A stretch of DNA of 32,000 nt, taken from Corynebacterium amycolatum. Lineage in GTDB: Bacteria; Actinomycetota; Actinomycetes; Mycobacteriales; Mycobacteriaceae. A program made the position numbers and the translations under genes. Under the pieces are notes generated by a model, which worked only from the letters and a program-made list of their open reading frames with translations, was not told where the DNA came from and made no database searches. Shown here in pieces: positions 23,159 to 32,000 of this stretch (its first letter is position 1; every line of letters starts with the position of its first letter). Where the stretch lies: assembly GCF_049243625.1 (NCBI RefSeq), contig NZ_CP046975.1; one strand, written 5' to 3'.

Positions 23159-24184
23159 CTAGCTGTCGCTTTCCGACGGGCCGAGGTCCTCAGCCCCTTC
23201 GTTATCTTCGCTGCCCGCTGCCCACTGCTCAGCACTACCGGCCTGCTGATTCTCCATCTGGGCCAGCTCAGCCAGGAATGCGCGTGAAGCCTGTCGGGTC
23301 CGCTCTTCAGCACCGGACTCAGTCTCCAGTCCCGGGGTCGGGACCAGAATCTCCACTGGAATGTCGGCATCGGACAGTCCCAGCGCACGTGCGCGGCGGA
23401 TGGCTTCCTCAGCCAAAGTCAGAGCTGGCAACTGCGTAGCCGGGTTCGAGCGCGGACGTCCGCGGCCGTAAGTCCACAGTCGCTCCTGCTCTTCCTCCGA
23501 GACCATTTCTCCCTCGGCCACAGTGCCGTCGAAGAGGTACGGCTGACGAGCTCGCATCTTCAAAACAAAGTCGGTCGCCACGTCGTCGAAGTCGAAGTCC
23601 TCAGCGATTTCAGCGTGGAAGAGGACTTGCAGCAGCAGATCTGACAGCTCGCTACGAATGTCACCGCCTTCGTTGACTGCATCGACAAACTCGTAGGTCT
23701 CTTCAATGAGATACGGCAGCAGGCTCTTGTGCGTCTGGCGAGCTTCCCACTGCCCCGTGCGCCGTGCGGCCGCCATGATGTCCACAGCCTCGACGACGTG
23801 GGGCAGACGAGCTGCGGCAAGCTGTTCCTGCAGAGTCAGCGGTTCTGCCACTGGTTCCGATTCTGGTTCCGGCGCCGACTCCTGCACGGGAGCCGCGGCA
23901 ACCGGAGCGGCCGGGTCCGCTGGAGCTGCTGGGTCCGGCGCATCATCCAGCTCGACCGAGTAGACTTTCTCGCCCGCATCGAGGCGATCGAGTACCTCAT
24001 CATTTTCCATATCGGTGGTGACCAGAATCTCCGCCCGAGACACCGAGTGCCCACCGGCGTCGGCGATTGCCCAGCGCACACGGATCGGGACTTCTTCGGT
24101 GTAGCTGACTTCACCGGTCAGCAGGCTAGCGGCTTCCAGCGGAATCGCAGTTGGAAAGCGGCTATCGAGCTTGATGATAGTCAT
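23159..24184 (-). CDS. mazG: MazG family nucleoside triphosphate pyrophosphohydrolase
   Basis: 341 aa. MazG core ..LIEETYEFVDAV.. and ..LLLQVLFHAEIAEDF... A Pro/Ala/Glu-rich linker (PDPAAPADPAAPVAAAPVQESAPEPESEPVAEP) separates the N- and C-terminal parts. Confidence 0.9.
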   Translation of the reverse strand: MTIIKLDSRFPTAIPLEAASLLTGEVSYTEEVPIRVRWAIADAGGHSVSRAEILVTTDMENDEVLDRLDAGEKVYSVELDDAPDPAAPADPAAPVAAAPVQESAPEPESEPVAEPLTLQEQLAAARLPHVVEAVDIMAAARRTGQWEARQTHKSLLPYLIEETYEFVDAVNEGGDIRSELSDLLLQVLFHAEIAEDFDFDDVATDFVLKMRARQPYLFDGTVAEGEMVSEEEQERLWTYGRGRPRSNPATQLPALTLAEEAIRRARALGLSDADIPVEILVPTPGLETESGAEERTRQASRAFLAELAQMENQQAGSAEQWAAGSEDNEGAEDLGPSESDS

Positions 24185-24191
24185 ACGTTTT

Positions 24192-27100
24192 CTAGTCCTT
24201 TCCCATGTGCGAGATATCCATACGTGGAATTCCCGCCATCGATGTCAAGAAGTCTGCTACCCACTGCACCAATGCAATATCGCGGACAGGTTTTGCCCGC
24301 AACCCTCGCCCTTCCTTCGGCATTCCGACGGAAACCGTGCGCGTTGCCGCACGATAGGTCGCCTGTGGATACAGGCGCTTGAGACGCACCTGCTTGGAGT
24401 CAGCAAGCTCCATAGGGGTTATTCTAATGTGCGCCCCCATGGCTTGAACTTCATGCACGCCGAATTCCCGGCAAATAATTCGAAGCCGTGAAATAACCGC
24501 CAGTCTCTCCACCTCAATGGGTGGGGTTCCGTAACGGTCGACGAGCTCTTCGAGCACTACGTCGATATCGTCCAGCGCACTGGCGGCAGCAAATTTGCGG
24601 TACGCCTCTAGACGTAGGCGTTCCGACGACACATATTCGGCCGGAATATTCGCATCCACCGGCAAATCAATCCGAACTTCCTTCGGTTCGTTATCGGAAG
24701 CATCCGGAGTTTCACCATCGGCCACTGCCTTCAGTGCAGCCACGGCCTCGCCAACCAGTCGGACGTACATGTCGAAGCCGACGCCGGCAATGTGACCGGA
24801 CTGCTCCGCACCGAGGATATTTCCGGCTCCGCGCATTTCCAGGTCCTTCATGGCCACGGCCATACCGGCACCCAAGTCATTGTTCTGCGCGATCGTGGAC
24901 AGACGGTCGTAGGAAGTCTCCGTCAGCGTCTGATTCTCCGGGTAGAGGAAGTAGGCATAGGCGCGCTCACGGGAACGGCCCACGCGACCACGCAGCTGGT
25001 GCAGCTGGGAAAGACCCATATGGTGAGCGTTTTCCACAATCAACGTATTCGCGTTGGCAATATCCAGGCCGGTCTCCACGATGGTGGTACACACCAGCAC
25101 GTCGTACTCGCGCTGCCAGAAGCCCTCGACCGTGCGCTCCAGCTGCTCCTCCCCCATCTGACCGTGGGCCACTACCACACGGGCCTCGGGCACCAAATTG
25201 CGGATATTCTGTGCGACCTTGTCAATGGTTTCCACCTTATTATGCAGGTAGAACACCTGACCGTCGCGAAGCAGCTCGCGCCTGATAGCAGCGGCGACCT
25301 GCTTGTCAGACTGCGCGCCGACGTATGTCAGCACCGGGTGGCGGTCCTGCGGCGGGGTAAGAATCTGGCTCATCTCGCGGATGCCGGCAATCGACATTTC
25401 GAGCGTGCGCGGAATTGGCGTTGCGGACATGGTGAGCACGTCGACGTGGTGACGCAGCGCCTTGATGTGCTCCTTGTGCTCGACGCCGAAACGCTGCTCC
25501 TCGTCAACGATGACCAGACCGAGTTCTTTCCACTGCACGCCGGTCTGCAAGAGACGATGCGTGCCGATAACAATATCGACCGTCCCATTCTTCAACCCTT
25601 CGAGAACCTCTTTGGAGTCCTTCGGTGAGGTGAAGCGGGACAGCCCGCGGATGGTGACTGGGAAGCCCTCCATACGCTGAGTGAAAGTAGTCAAATGCTG
25701 CTGTGCCAACAGCGTGGTCGGCACCAACACTGCTACCTGACGGCCATCTTGAACCGCTTTGAAAGCAGCACGCAGTGCCACCTCGGTCTTGCCGTAGCCG
25801 ACATCGCCGATGAGCACGCGGTCCATCGGTACCGGCTTTTCCATGTCGGACTTGATTTCGTCGATGGCCTGCAGCTGGTCCTCAGTCTCGGTGAAGGGGA
25901 AGTTATCCTCCATCTCCTGCTGCCACGGCGTATCCGGCGCGAACGCGTGGCCCGGCGCGGCTTGACGCTCGGCGTAGAGCTTGACCAGCTCTTCCGCAAT
26001 CTCGCGGACAGCGCCACGGGCCTTGCGCTTGGTGGACTTCCAGTCCGAGCCGCCCATCTTCGACAGCGCGGGCTTTTCGCCGCCGACATAGCGCGACAGC
26101 AGATCCAGGCTCTCCATCGGCACGTAGAGCTGGTCCGAGGGGCCTCCGCGCTTGCTCGGTGCGTACTCGAGCACCACGTACTCGCGGCGAGCCTGATCCT
26201 CGCCCGTGCCGATGGTGCGCTCAGTGAGCTTCACAAATCGACCGATGCCATGAGTGTCGTGTACGACATAGTCGCCGGCCTTCAGTGCCAGCGGATCCAC
26301 GCGACCACGGCGCTTCGCCGGTTTACGGCGACCACCAAGGGCACCTTCCGCGATGCGGTTACCCGTGATGTCCTGCTCAGTAATCAGAGTCAGCGCGCCA
26401 CCGGGAATACGCGGGAACACCAGGCCGCCGTGCAAAACACCCTGGTAGACGGTAATTCTCCCGGACTCGGGATACTCCGGGCCCGCCGCCATGCGCGTCG
26501 CAATTCCGGCTTCCCTAAACCTTTCCGCTTGCCGACGCGCGCCCGCGGGCGTCGCCGCCACGTACGCCACTCGTTCCCCCGCGACCGTGGCATCGCGCAG
26601 CTGCCTCATCAGGTGACCAATTTCCTTTAAGTCACCGCGTGGCGCGGGCCCAGGCTCAAAGGTTAGCGGCAGCACATCATCTTCGGTGACCCCCGCCTCC
26701 AACATGCCGGGCGGGGAAATATGCCACGAGGTGGGCATCGGGATAGAGGCCAAGCTACGGTAAGCGCTGGGCTCCAGACCATCGGTGGCGATTGGCGCCG
26801 AGCCACCCATCGCGGCCGTTTCCCACGCTGCGGCCATAAACTCCTCGCCCGCACTAATCAGGTCCTGCGCGCGAGAGCGAATGCGCTCCGGCCCGCACAT
26901 GAGCACATGCGTTTTCTCCGGCATGACCTCGGTGAGCATCTTCATCGGATGCTGACTAATCAGTGGAATCAGCGACTCCATGCCCTCCACCCACTGGCCA
27001 TCACCGATGCGGGTGAGCATTTCTTGGACCTGTCCAGAACGCGTAGTGGCGAGTTTCTCCGCGGCGCCCTTCACGTCGTCGTCGATAAGCAGTGCACGAC

Positions 27101-27839
27101 ACGGGAAGATATCCAGCTGGTCGACCTCTATCTCAGAGATCGTGCGCTGGTCAGCGACGGAAAAGGCGCGCAGGTCGGTAACCTCGTCACCCCAGAGCTC
27201 GATACGAACCGGCAGCTCTTCGGTCGCCGGGAAGACATCGACGATGCCGCCACGCACGGCAAACTGACCACGCCTGCCGACCATGTCCACATGCGAATAG
27301 CCGTGATGCACCAGCCACTCAACCAGGTTCTCGCAGTCCTGGTCCAGCTGGATGTGGATGGGCGCGCTGGCTTCAGCCTCGAGGTCGTCCACAATCGGCT
27401 GCACCAACGAGCGCACCGCTGCAATCAGAACGTCGACTTTGCCCCGGCGAACGTCGTAAAGCGCCTTACGACGCTGCGCCACAGTATCCACAGCCGGCGA
27501 AAGCTTCTCATGCGGGAGCGTCTCCCACGAGGGGAACATAGCTACACGGTCGCCGATCATCGACTTGACCTCGGCAGTCAGGTCCTCCGCCTCACGGCCA
27601 GTAGCCGTGACGACCAGCACCGGCACCTTCGTGGACATGGCGTAAATAAGGTGCGAACGCACCGCGTCCGCACCCGTGAGCGCCAGCCCGTCTTCGCCGA
27701 CGCGCCCGAGCACGCCGACAAATTGAGGATCCGTGACAACGAGGCTTTCCAGCCCCGACAGCGGGTTCGGCAGAATGCTGGGTGTGGCTTTCGCCGAGGA
27801 AGACGCAGAAGTTGGCATAGCCCCAATATAACCATGCAC
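24192..27839 (-). CDS. mfd: transcription-repair coupling factor
   Basis: 1215 aa. Helicase motifs GDVGYGKTEVALRAA and VDEEQRFGV, plus the CarD-like and TRG regions. An alternative start is ATG 27818. Confidence 0.97.
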   Translation of the reverse strand: MHGYIGAMPTSASSSAKATPSILPNPLSGLESLVVTDPQFVGVLGRVGEDGLALTGADAVRSHLIYAMSTKVPVLVVTATGREAEDLTAEVKSMIGDRVAMFPSWETLPHEKLSPAVDTVAQRRKALYDVRRGKVDVLIAAVRSLVQPIVDDLEAEASAPIHIQLDQDCENLVEWLVHHGYSHVDMVGRRGQFAVRGGIVDVFPATEELPVRIELWGDEVTDLRAFSVADQRTISEIEVDQLDIFPCRALLIDDDVKGAAEKLATTRSGQVQEMLTRIGDGQWVEGMESLIPLISQHPMKMLTEVMPEKTHVLMCGPERIRSRAQDLISAGEEFMAAAWETAAMGGSAPIATDGLEPSAYRSLASIPMPTSWHISPPGMLEAGVTEDDVLPLTFEPGPAPRGDLKEIGHLMRQLRDATVAGERVAYVAATPAGARRQAERFREAGIATRMAAGPEYPESGRITVYQGVLHGGLVFPRIPGGALTLITEQDITGNRIAEGALGGRRKPAKRRGRVDPLALKAGDYVVHDTHGIGRFVKLTERTIGTGEDQARREYVVLEYAPSKRGGPSDQLYVPMESLDLLSRYVGGEKPALSKMGGSDWKSTKRKARGAVREIAEELVKLYAERQAAPGHAFAPDTPWQQEMEDNFPFTETEDQLQAIDEIKSDMEKPVPMDRVLIGDVGYGKTEVALRAAFKAVQDGRQVAVLVPTTLLAQQHLTTFTQRMEGFPVTIRGLSRFTSPKDSKEVLEGLKNGTVDIVIGTHRLLQTGVQWKELGLVIVDEEQRFGVEHKEHIKALRHHVDVLTMSATPIPRTLEMSIAGIREMSQILTPPQDRHPVLTYVGAQSDKQVAAAIRRELLRDGQVFYLHNKVETIDKVAQNIRNLVPEARVVVAHGQMGEEQLERTVEGFWQREYDVLVCTTIVETGLDIANANTLIVENAHHMGLSQLHQLRGRVGRSRERAYAYFLYPENQTLTETSYDRLSTIAQNNDLGAGMAVAMKDLEMRGAGNILGAEQSGHIAGVGFDMYVRLVGEAVAALKAVADGETPDASDNEPKEVRIDLPVDANIPAEYVSSERLRLEAYRKFAAASALDDIDVVLEELVDRYGTPPIEVERLAVISRLRIICREFGVHEVQAMGAHIRITPMELADSKQVRLKRLYPQATYRAATRTVSVGMPKEGRGLRAKPVRDIALVQWVADFLTSMAGIPRMDISHMGKD

Positions 27840-27862
27840 CCCGGATTCACCCTGCGCGCTGG

Positions 27863-28555
27863 TTAGCCGTTCTCCGCCACCTGCATCGGGTCTGCCGCAG
27901 CACCTGCTCCGAACTTCGCGCCCTCAGCGGCCGCTGGTACATCAGCGGAGCCATGCAGAGTCGGGGCCCCCTCCATGCCGGCCAGCCCGTTCCAGCACAG
28001 GTTCACGATGTGCGCCGCCACCGTCTCTTTATCCGGACTGCGCTTCTCCATCCACCAGCGAGCAGTCTGCGAAACCATACCGACCATGCAGTTTCCGTAG
28101 AGCACCGACATGGCCGGGTCGAAACCAGCGCGTTTGAAAGCCTCGGAGAGGATAGGCGTAACCGACTCAGTGGCATTATTCAGCAGCGTCTCATAGCCAC
28201 CCGCCACACCGGGGTCGCGAGAAATAATGGAGAATCCCTCCGGGTTTTCCTCGACATAAGTCAGCAATGCCAACACCGCCTGTTCGATGCGGTAACGCGA
28301 GCGCCCCAGGGACAACGCTTCCCTAATCGTGGCCTCCAGGGTCTTCATCTCCTGGTCGACGACTGCCTGGTAGAGCCGCTCTTTGGTACCAAAATGCTCG
28401 TAGACAACCGGCTTTGACACCCCGGCTGCGGCAGCGATCTCCTCCATTGAGGCGGCATCAAGCCCCTTGGCGGCAAAGATTCCACGGCTGACTTCTGTCA
28501 GCTGAGCTTTGCGCTGTGGACCGGTCATACGTCGTCTCGGAGAATTAGAGGCCAT
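27863..28555 (-). CDS. TetR/AcrR family transcriptional regulator
   Basis: 230 aa. N-terminal HTH ..SMEEIAAAAGVSKPVVYEHFGTKERLY... It lies directly upstream of mfd with a 23-nt gap, the same arrangement as Rv1019-Rv1020. Confidence 0.92.
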   Translation of the reverse strand: MASNSPRRRMTGPQRKAQLTEVSRGIFAAKGLDAASMEEIAAAAGVSKPVVYEHFGTKERLYQAVVDQEMKTLEATIREALSLGRSRYRIEQAVLALLTYVEENPEGFSIISRDPGVAGGYETLLNNATESVTPILSEAFKRAGFDPAMSVLYGNCMVGMVSQTARWWMEKRSPDKETVAAHIVNLCWNGLAGMEGAPTLHGSADVPAAAEGAKFGAGAAADPMQVAENG

Positions 28556-28611
28556 GCTTTTAGATTAGTGGCTAAAGTCTTGCTATCGTATATCGCAGGC
28601 GCAAGCGAGCC

Positions 28612-28629
28612 GGCTGAGTCGACTCAGCC
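28612..28629. promoter_or_regulatory. perfect 18-bp palindrome, candidate TetR operator
   Basis: GGCTGAGTC|GACTCAGCC lies 57 nt upstream of the TetR start, in the divergent region between the TetR gene and tRNA-Gln/glmU. A TACGAT -10-like hexamer lies between it and the gene. Confidence 0.4.
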
Positions 28630-28655
28630 ATGCAATTTTTTCGCGTTCGCCCCAT

Positions 28656-28726
28656 TCTCCCATGGTGTAATGGCAACACTCCGGTTTTTGGTACCGGCAT
28701 TCTAGGTTCGAGTCCTGGTGGGAGAG
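28656..28726 (+). tRNA. tRNA-Gln (anticodon UUG)
   Basis: Folds as UCUCCCA-UG-GUGU-AAUGGCA-ACAC-U-CCGGU-UUUUGGU-ACCGG-CAUU-CUAGG-UUCGAGU-CCUGG-UGGGAGA-G. U1-A72 and G73 are typical of bacterial tRNA-Gln. It lies upstream of glmU, as in mycobacteria. Confidence 0.93.
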
Positions 28727-28813
28727 CAAGCGGGGGGCCGGCCCCTTAATTAAGAAGTGACTTTTCGCCCCGCCGTGACCGTGATGCACCCTGACCGAGG
28801 AGTAGCAAGTTTC

Positions 28814-30304
28814 ATGTCAAACGGTTCGGCCACCGCTGTGGTCATTCTCGCCGCGGGTCAAGGCACCCGAATGAAATCCGATACGCCGAAAATGCTGCAC
28901 GCTATCGGCGGTCGCACCATGTTGGAGCACGCGCTCTATGCCGCCAAGGGCATTAGTCCGGATGAGATTGCTGTTGTCGTTGGCCACCAGCGCGAAAAGG
29001 TAATCGACGCCATCGGCACCTGGACAGAGAAGGCCGAGCACTCCAACGACGTCGTCATTGCCCCGCAGGAAGAGCAAAACGGTACCGGCCACGCTGTTCA
29101 GTGCGCACTGGAACACCCTGAGCTGCAGAATTTCGATGGCACCATCTTGGTAACCACTTCCGATGTTCCGCTGCTGGATTCCGAAGCGCTCCAGGCGCTG
29201 CTCGAAGAACACAACCGCAAGCCACGCGCTGCCGTGACCGTGCTGACCTCCACTGCTGAAAACCCGCACGGTTACGGCCGCATCGTTCGTAACGCCGACG
29301 GCGAAGTTCTGCGCATCGTGGAGGAAAAGGACGCCTCCGACGAGGAACGTGAGATCACCGAGGTCAACTCCGGTGTCTACGCATTCGATGCCGAGACCCT
29401 GGCAAACGCCCTCAAGCAATTGGACACCAACAATGCCCAGGGCGAGCTCTACCTCACCGATGTCATTGGCATCGCCCGGGAGGCCGACCGCTCAGTGCGC
29501 GGCCACCGCCTCGCCGACGCCACCGTCGTCGCCGGTGTCAATGACCGCGTACAGCTGGCTACCCTTGGCCGCGAGCTCAACCGCCGCACCTGCGAGGAAG
29601 CTATGCGCGCAGGTGCCACTCTCGTCGATCCGGACACCACGTGGATTGATGTTGAGGTGGAGATCGGACGCGATGTCACGATTCTGCCGGGCACCCAGCT
29701 GCACGGCAAGACTGTGATTGGCGACGGGGCCACCGTGGGACCGGACACGACACTGACCAACATGGTCGTCGGCAAGCGCGCCAGCGTCGTGCGTACGCAC
29801 GGTTCCGATTCGGAGATCGGCGAGGATGCGACGGTCGGACCGTTCACCTACATTCGCCCGAACACCAAACTCGGTGTCGGCGCGAAGCTCGGTGGCTTCG
29901 TAGAGGCGAAGAACGCGCAGATCGGAAACGGTTCGAAGGTTCCGCACCTGACCTACGTCGGCGATGCGGAGATTGGCGAGCACTCCAACATTGGCGCCTC
30001 CAGCGTGTTCGTGAACTACGACGGTGTCAACAAGCACCGCACCGTTATCGGCTCGCATGTTCGCACCGGCTCCGACACCATGTTCATCGCTCCGGTGACC
30101 GTGGGTGATGGTGCGTACTCAGGTGCAGGTACTGTTATTAAGGACGACGTTCCTCCGGGAGCATTGGCGGTCAGTGGTGGCCGTCAGCGCAACATCGAGG
30201 GATGGGTCGAGCGGAAGCGTCCAGGTACCGCTGCTGCTGAGGCAGCGCAGGCGGCGCAGGTAGCTGACAACGCTGACAACAACAAGGAAGACCAGGAAGG
30301 CTAG
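28814..30304 (+). CDS. glmU: bifunctional UDP-N-acetylglucosamine pyrophosphorylase / glucosamine-1-phosphate N-acetyltransferase
   Basis: Start taken at ATG 28814 ([22 protein letters not shown]..). It has an N-terminal nucleotidyltransferase motif and C-terminal hexapeptide repeats. The ORF-track extension from 28757 is rejected. Confidence 0.96.
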   Translation: MSNGSATAVVILAAGQGTRMKSDTPKMLHAIGGRTMLEHALYAAKGISPDEIAVVVGHQREKVIDAIGTWTEKAEHSNDVVIAPQEEQNGTGHAVQCALEHPELQNFDGTILVTTSDVPLLDSEALQALLEEHNRKPRAAVTVLTSTAENPHGYGRIVRNADGEVLRIVEEKDASDEEREITEVNSGVYAFDAETLANALKQLDTNNAQGELYLTDVIGIAREADRSVRGHRLADATVVAGVNDRVQLATLGRELNRRTCEEAMRAGATLVDPDTTWIDVEVEIGRDVTILPGTQLHGKTVIGDGATVGPDTTLTNMVVGKRASVVRTHGSDSEIGEDATVGPFTYIRPNTKLGVGAKLGGFVEAKNAQIGNGSKVPHLTYVGDAEIGEHSNIGASSVFVNYDGVNKHRTVIGSHVRTGSDTMFIAPVTVGDGAYSGAGTVIKDDVPPGALAVSGGRQRNIEGWVERKRPGTAAAEAAQAAQVADNADNNKEDQEG

Positions 30305-30311
30305 ACGGCAG

Positions 30312-31289
30312 ATGACCGGCCAGTGGATCGATAACCAAAAGAACCTCATGCTCTTCTCCGGAAGGGCACACCCGGAATTGGGCGAGGCAGTTGCCAAGGA
30401 GCTCGGCACAGAGCTGACCCCGATGACCGCTCGTGATTTTGCCAACGGCGAAATCTTCGTGCGCTACGAGGAATCCGTCCGCGGTTCCGATGCCTTCGTG
30501 CTACAGGCACACCCGGCACCGCTGAATAAGTGGCTCATCGAGCAGCTGATTATGATTGACGCGCTCAAGCGCGGTTCGGCCAAGCGCATCACCGCTATCC
30601 TGCCGTTCTTCCCATACGCCCGCCAGGACAAGAAGCACCGTGGCCGTGAGCCGATTTCCGCTCGCCTGGTCGCTGACCTGCTCAAGACCGCCGGCGCTGA
30701 CCGCATCGTCTCCGTGGACCTCCACACCGACCAGATTCAGGGCTTCTTCGACGGCCCGGTCGATCACATGCACGCCATGCCGATTCTGTCGGAGTACATC
30801 AAGAAGAACTACTCCCTGGACAACCTCGTCGTGGTCTCCCCTGACGCCGGTCGTGTGAAGGTTTCCGAGAAGTGGGCCAACACCCTGGGCGATGCCCCGC
30901 TGGCTTTCATTCACAAGACCCGTTCCGTCGATGTCGCGAACCAGGTTGTCGCCAACCGTGTGGTCGGCGAGGTCTCCGGTAAGACCTGTCTACTCATCGA
31001 CGACATGATTGACACCGGCGGCACCATCGCCGGCGCTGTCAAGGTGTTGCGTGAGGCTGGCGCTGAGGATGTCATCATCGCTACCACGCACGGTGTCTTC
31101 TCTGACCCAGCTCGCGAGCGCCTGTCGAAGTGCGGTGCCCGCGAGGTCATCACCACCGATACTCTGCCGCAGTCCACCGAGGGCTGGGACAACCTGACCG
31201 TCCTGCCAATTGCGCCGCTGCTGGCTAAGACGATCCACGAGATCTTCGAAAACGGTTCCGTCACCACTCTCTTCGAGGGCCAGGCATAA
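30312..31289 (+). CDS. prs: ribose-phosphate diphosphokinase (PRPP synthetase)
   Basis: 325 aa. Contains ..VSVDLHTDQIQGFF.. and the PRPP-binding loop ..CLLIDDMIDTGGT... It starts 7 nt after the glmU stop. Confidence 0.97.
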   Translation: MTGQWIDNQKNLMLFSGRAHPELGEAVAKELGTELTPMTARDFANGEIFVRYEESVRGSDAFVLQAHPAPLNKWLIEQLIMIDALKRGSAKRITAILPFFPYARQDKKHRGREPISARLVADLLKTAGADRIVSVDLHTDQIQGFFDGPVDHMHAMPILSEYIKKNYSLDNLVVVSPDAGRVKVSEKWANTLGDAPLAFIHKTRSVDVANQVVANRVVGEVSGKTCLLIDDMIDTGGTIAGAVKVLREAGAEDVIIATTHGVFSDPARERLSKCGAREVITTDTLPQSTEGWDNLTVLPIAPLLAKTIHEIFENGSVTTLFEGQA

Positions 31290-31313
31290 GCTCTTTCCGC
31301 TTGCCGACGGGCA

Positions 31314-31359
31314 CCCCGCTGCGACCAGCAACCTAGTTTTGCTGGTGGTGGCGGGGTTT
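31314..31359 (+). terminator. intrinsic terminator of prs
   Basis: CCCCGC..ACCAGCAA / TTGCTGGT..GCGGGG forms a two-part stem with a small internal loop and a 7-nt apical loop, followed by TTT. Confidence 0.7.
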
Positions 31360-31540
31360 GCTGTTTGACCTGTTAGTCCACTACAATTTTTCCGGTAAGT
31401 CTCGGCGAGGGCGACCACAGTAGCTGGTTGCCGTTATCGACGCGACGCTCGCAGCCCAACTTTTGCGCCCCACAGAGGCATGGATGCGGCACGTGCTCGA
31501 CTCGACGACTCAGTATCGAATCGTTTAGGAGTCCATTTTC

Positions 31541-32000
31541 ATGGCAAAGCCCAACATCATCAAGATTGATGCTCGTAACCGCACCGAGTTCGGCAAGGGT
31601 GCCGCTCGCCGTGCCCGCGTTGCTGGCGACATCCCGGTTGTCATCTACGGCGCTGACCTGGATGCTCCGAAGCACATCCTCGTTGACACTCTGGATTTCC
31701 ACGCTGTCATCCGTAACCACGGTGTCAACGCTGTTCTGGACGTCAACATCGAGGGCGAGTCCCAGCTGTCCATGGTTAAGGCTGTTGACCAGAACCCGCT
31801 GACTCTCGACATCGACCACGCTGACCTGCTCGCCATTCACCGTGACGAGAAGGTTGAGGTTGAGGTTCCGGTCGTTCCGACTGGCGAGCTCGCTCCGGGT
31901 GCCCTGCTCATGCAGGATGCCGAGACCATTCTGGTCAACGCACCGGTTCTGGCTATTCCGGAAGAGATTGAGGTCTCCGTCGAGGGTGCAGAGGTCGGCA
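31541..32000 (+). CDS. rplY: 50S ribosomal protein L25/general stress protein Ctc (5' part; runs off the window)
   Basis: ATG lies 9 nt after AGGAG (31527-31531). MAKPNIIKIDARNRTEFGKGAARRARVAGDIPVVIYG.. is open to the window end. It is absent from the ORF track only because it has no stop codon in the window. Confidence 0.92.
   Translation, partial: MAKPNIIKIDARNRTEFGKGAARRARVAGDIPVVIYGADLDAPKHILVDTLDFHAVIRNHGVNAVLDVNIEGESQLSMVKAVDQNPLTLDIDHADLLAIHRDEKVEVEVPVVPTGELAPGALLMQDAETILVNAPVLAIPEEIEVSVEGAEVG

Noticed and set aside
24521-27866. Several long plus-strand ORFs (254, 278, 311 and 381 aa)
   Set aside because: All are antisense to mfd, whose helicase motifs fix the real frame. Their products are Arg/Pro/His-rich nonsense.
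28583-28789. 68-aa minus-strand ORF
   Set aside because: It overlaps tRNA-Gln on the opposite strand and is an artefact.

Overview
High-GC actinobacterial chromosomal segment that looks like Corynebacterium. The cues are the mycothiol amidase Mca, a MetPS-type NSS transporter with its small subunit, a DtxR-type iron box and an aroR-type leader. It is mostly housekeeping core. From memory, the gene order matches two M. tuberculosis blocks. The first is greA / DUF4307 / mca / small membrane protein / DAHP synthase / Z-prenyl transferase / coaA / glyA (compare Rv1080c-Rv1093). The second is ppx / DUF501 / FtsB-like / eno / lytic transglycosylase / mazG / mfd / TetR / tRNA-Gln / glmU / prs / rplY (compare Rv1015c-Rv1026). 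The left third holds acyl-CoA metabolism genes (alpha/beta hydrolase, acyl-CoA dehydrogenase, enoyl-CoA hydratase), the NSS transporter pair, a GNAT acetyltransferase and one clearly accessory gene, a DUF222/HNH endonuclease. I support about 30 CDS, 2 tRNAs and a set of intrinsic terminators. I saw no CRISPR array, IS element, rRNA or prophage. The points most worth a second look lie in intergenic DNA. (1) An unannotated 17-codon Trp-Arg-Phe-Tyr-Phe leader peptide plus terminator lies upstream of the DAHP synthase gene, consistent with an aromatic amino acid attenuator. (2) An orphan DtxR/IdeR-like iron box sits in a gene-less 636-bp AT-rich gap, with candidate small transcripts or micro-ORFs on both strands. 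(3) Two perfect TTATCCACA DnaA-box 9-mers in inverted orientation sit inside a nested 14-bp inverted repeat just upstream of the HNH gene. (4) A well-formed 74-nt tRNA reads anticodon UAA by eye but lacks the long variable arm expected of bacterial tRNA-Leu. (5) A terminator-like hairpin lies in the greA leader, a perfect 18-bp palindrome lies in front of the TetR-mfd-mazG genes, and there are two long poly-C tracts. All functional statements come from motif reading by eye. No database search or folding program was run.
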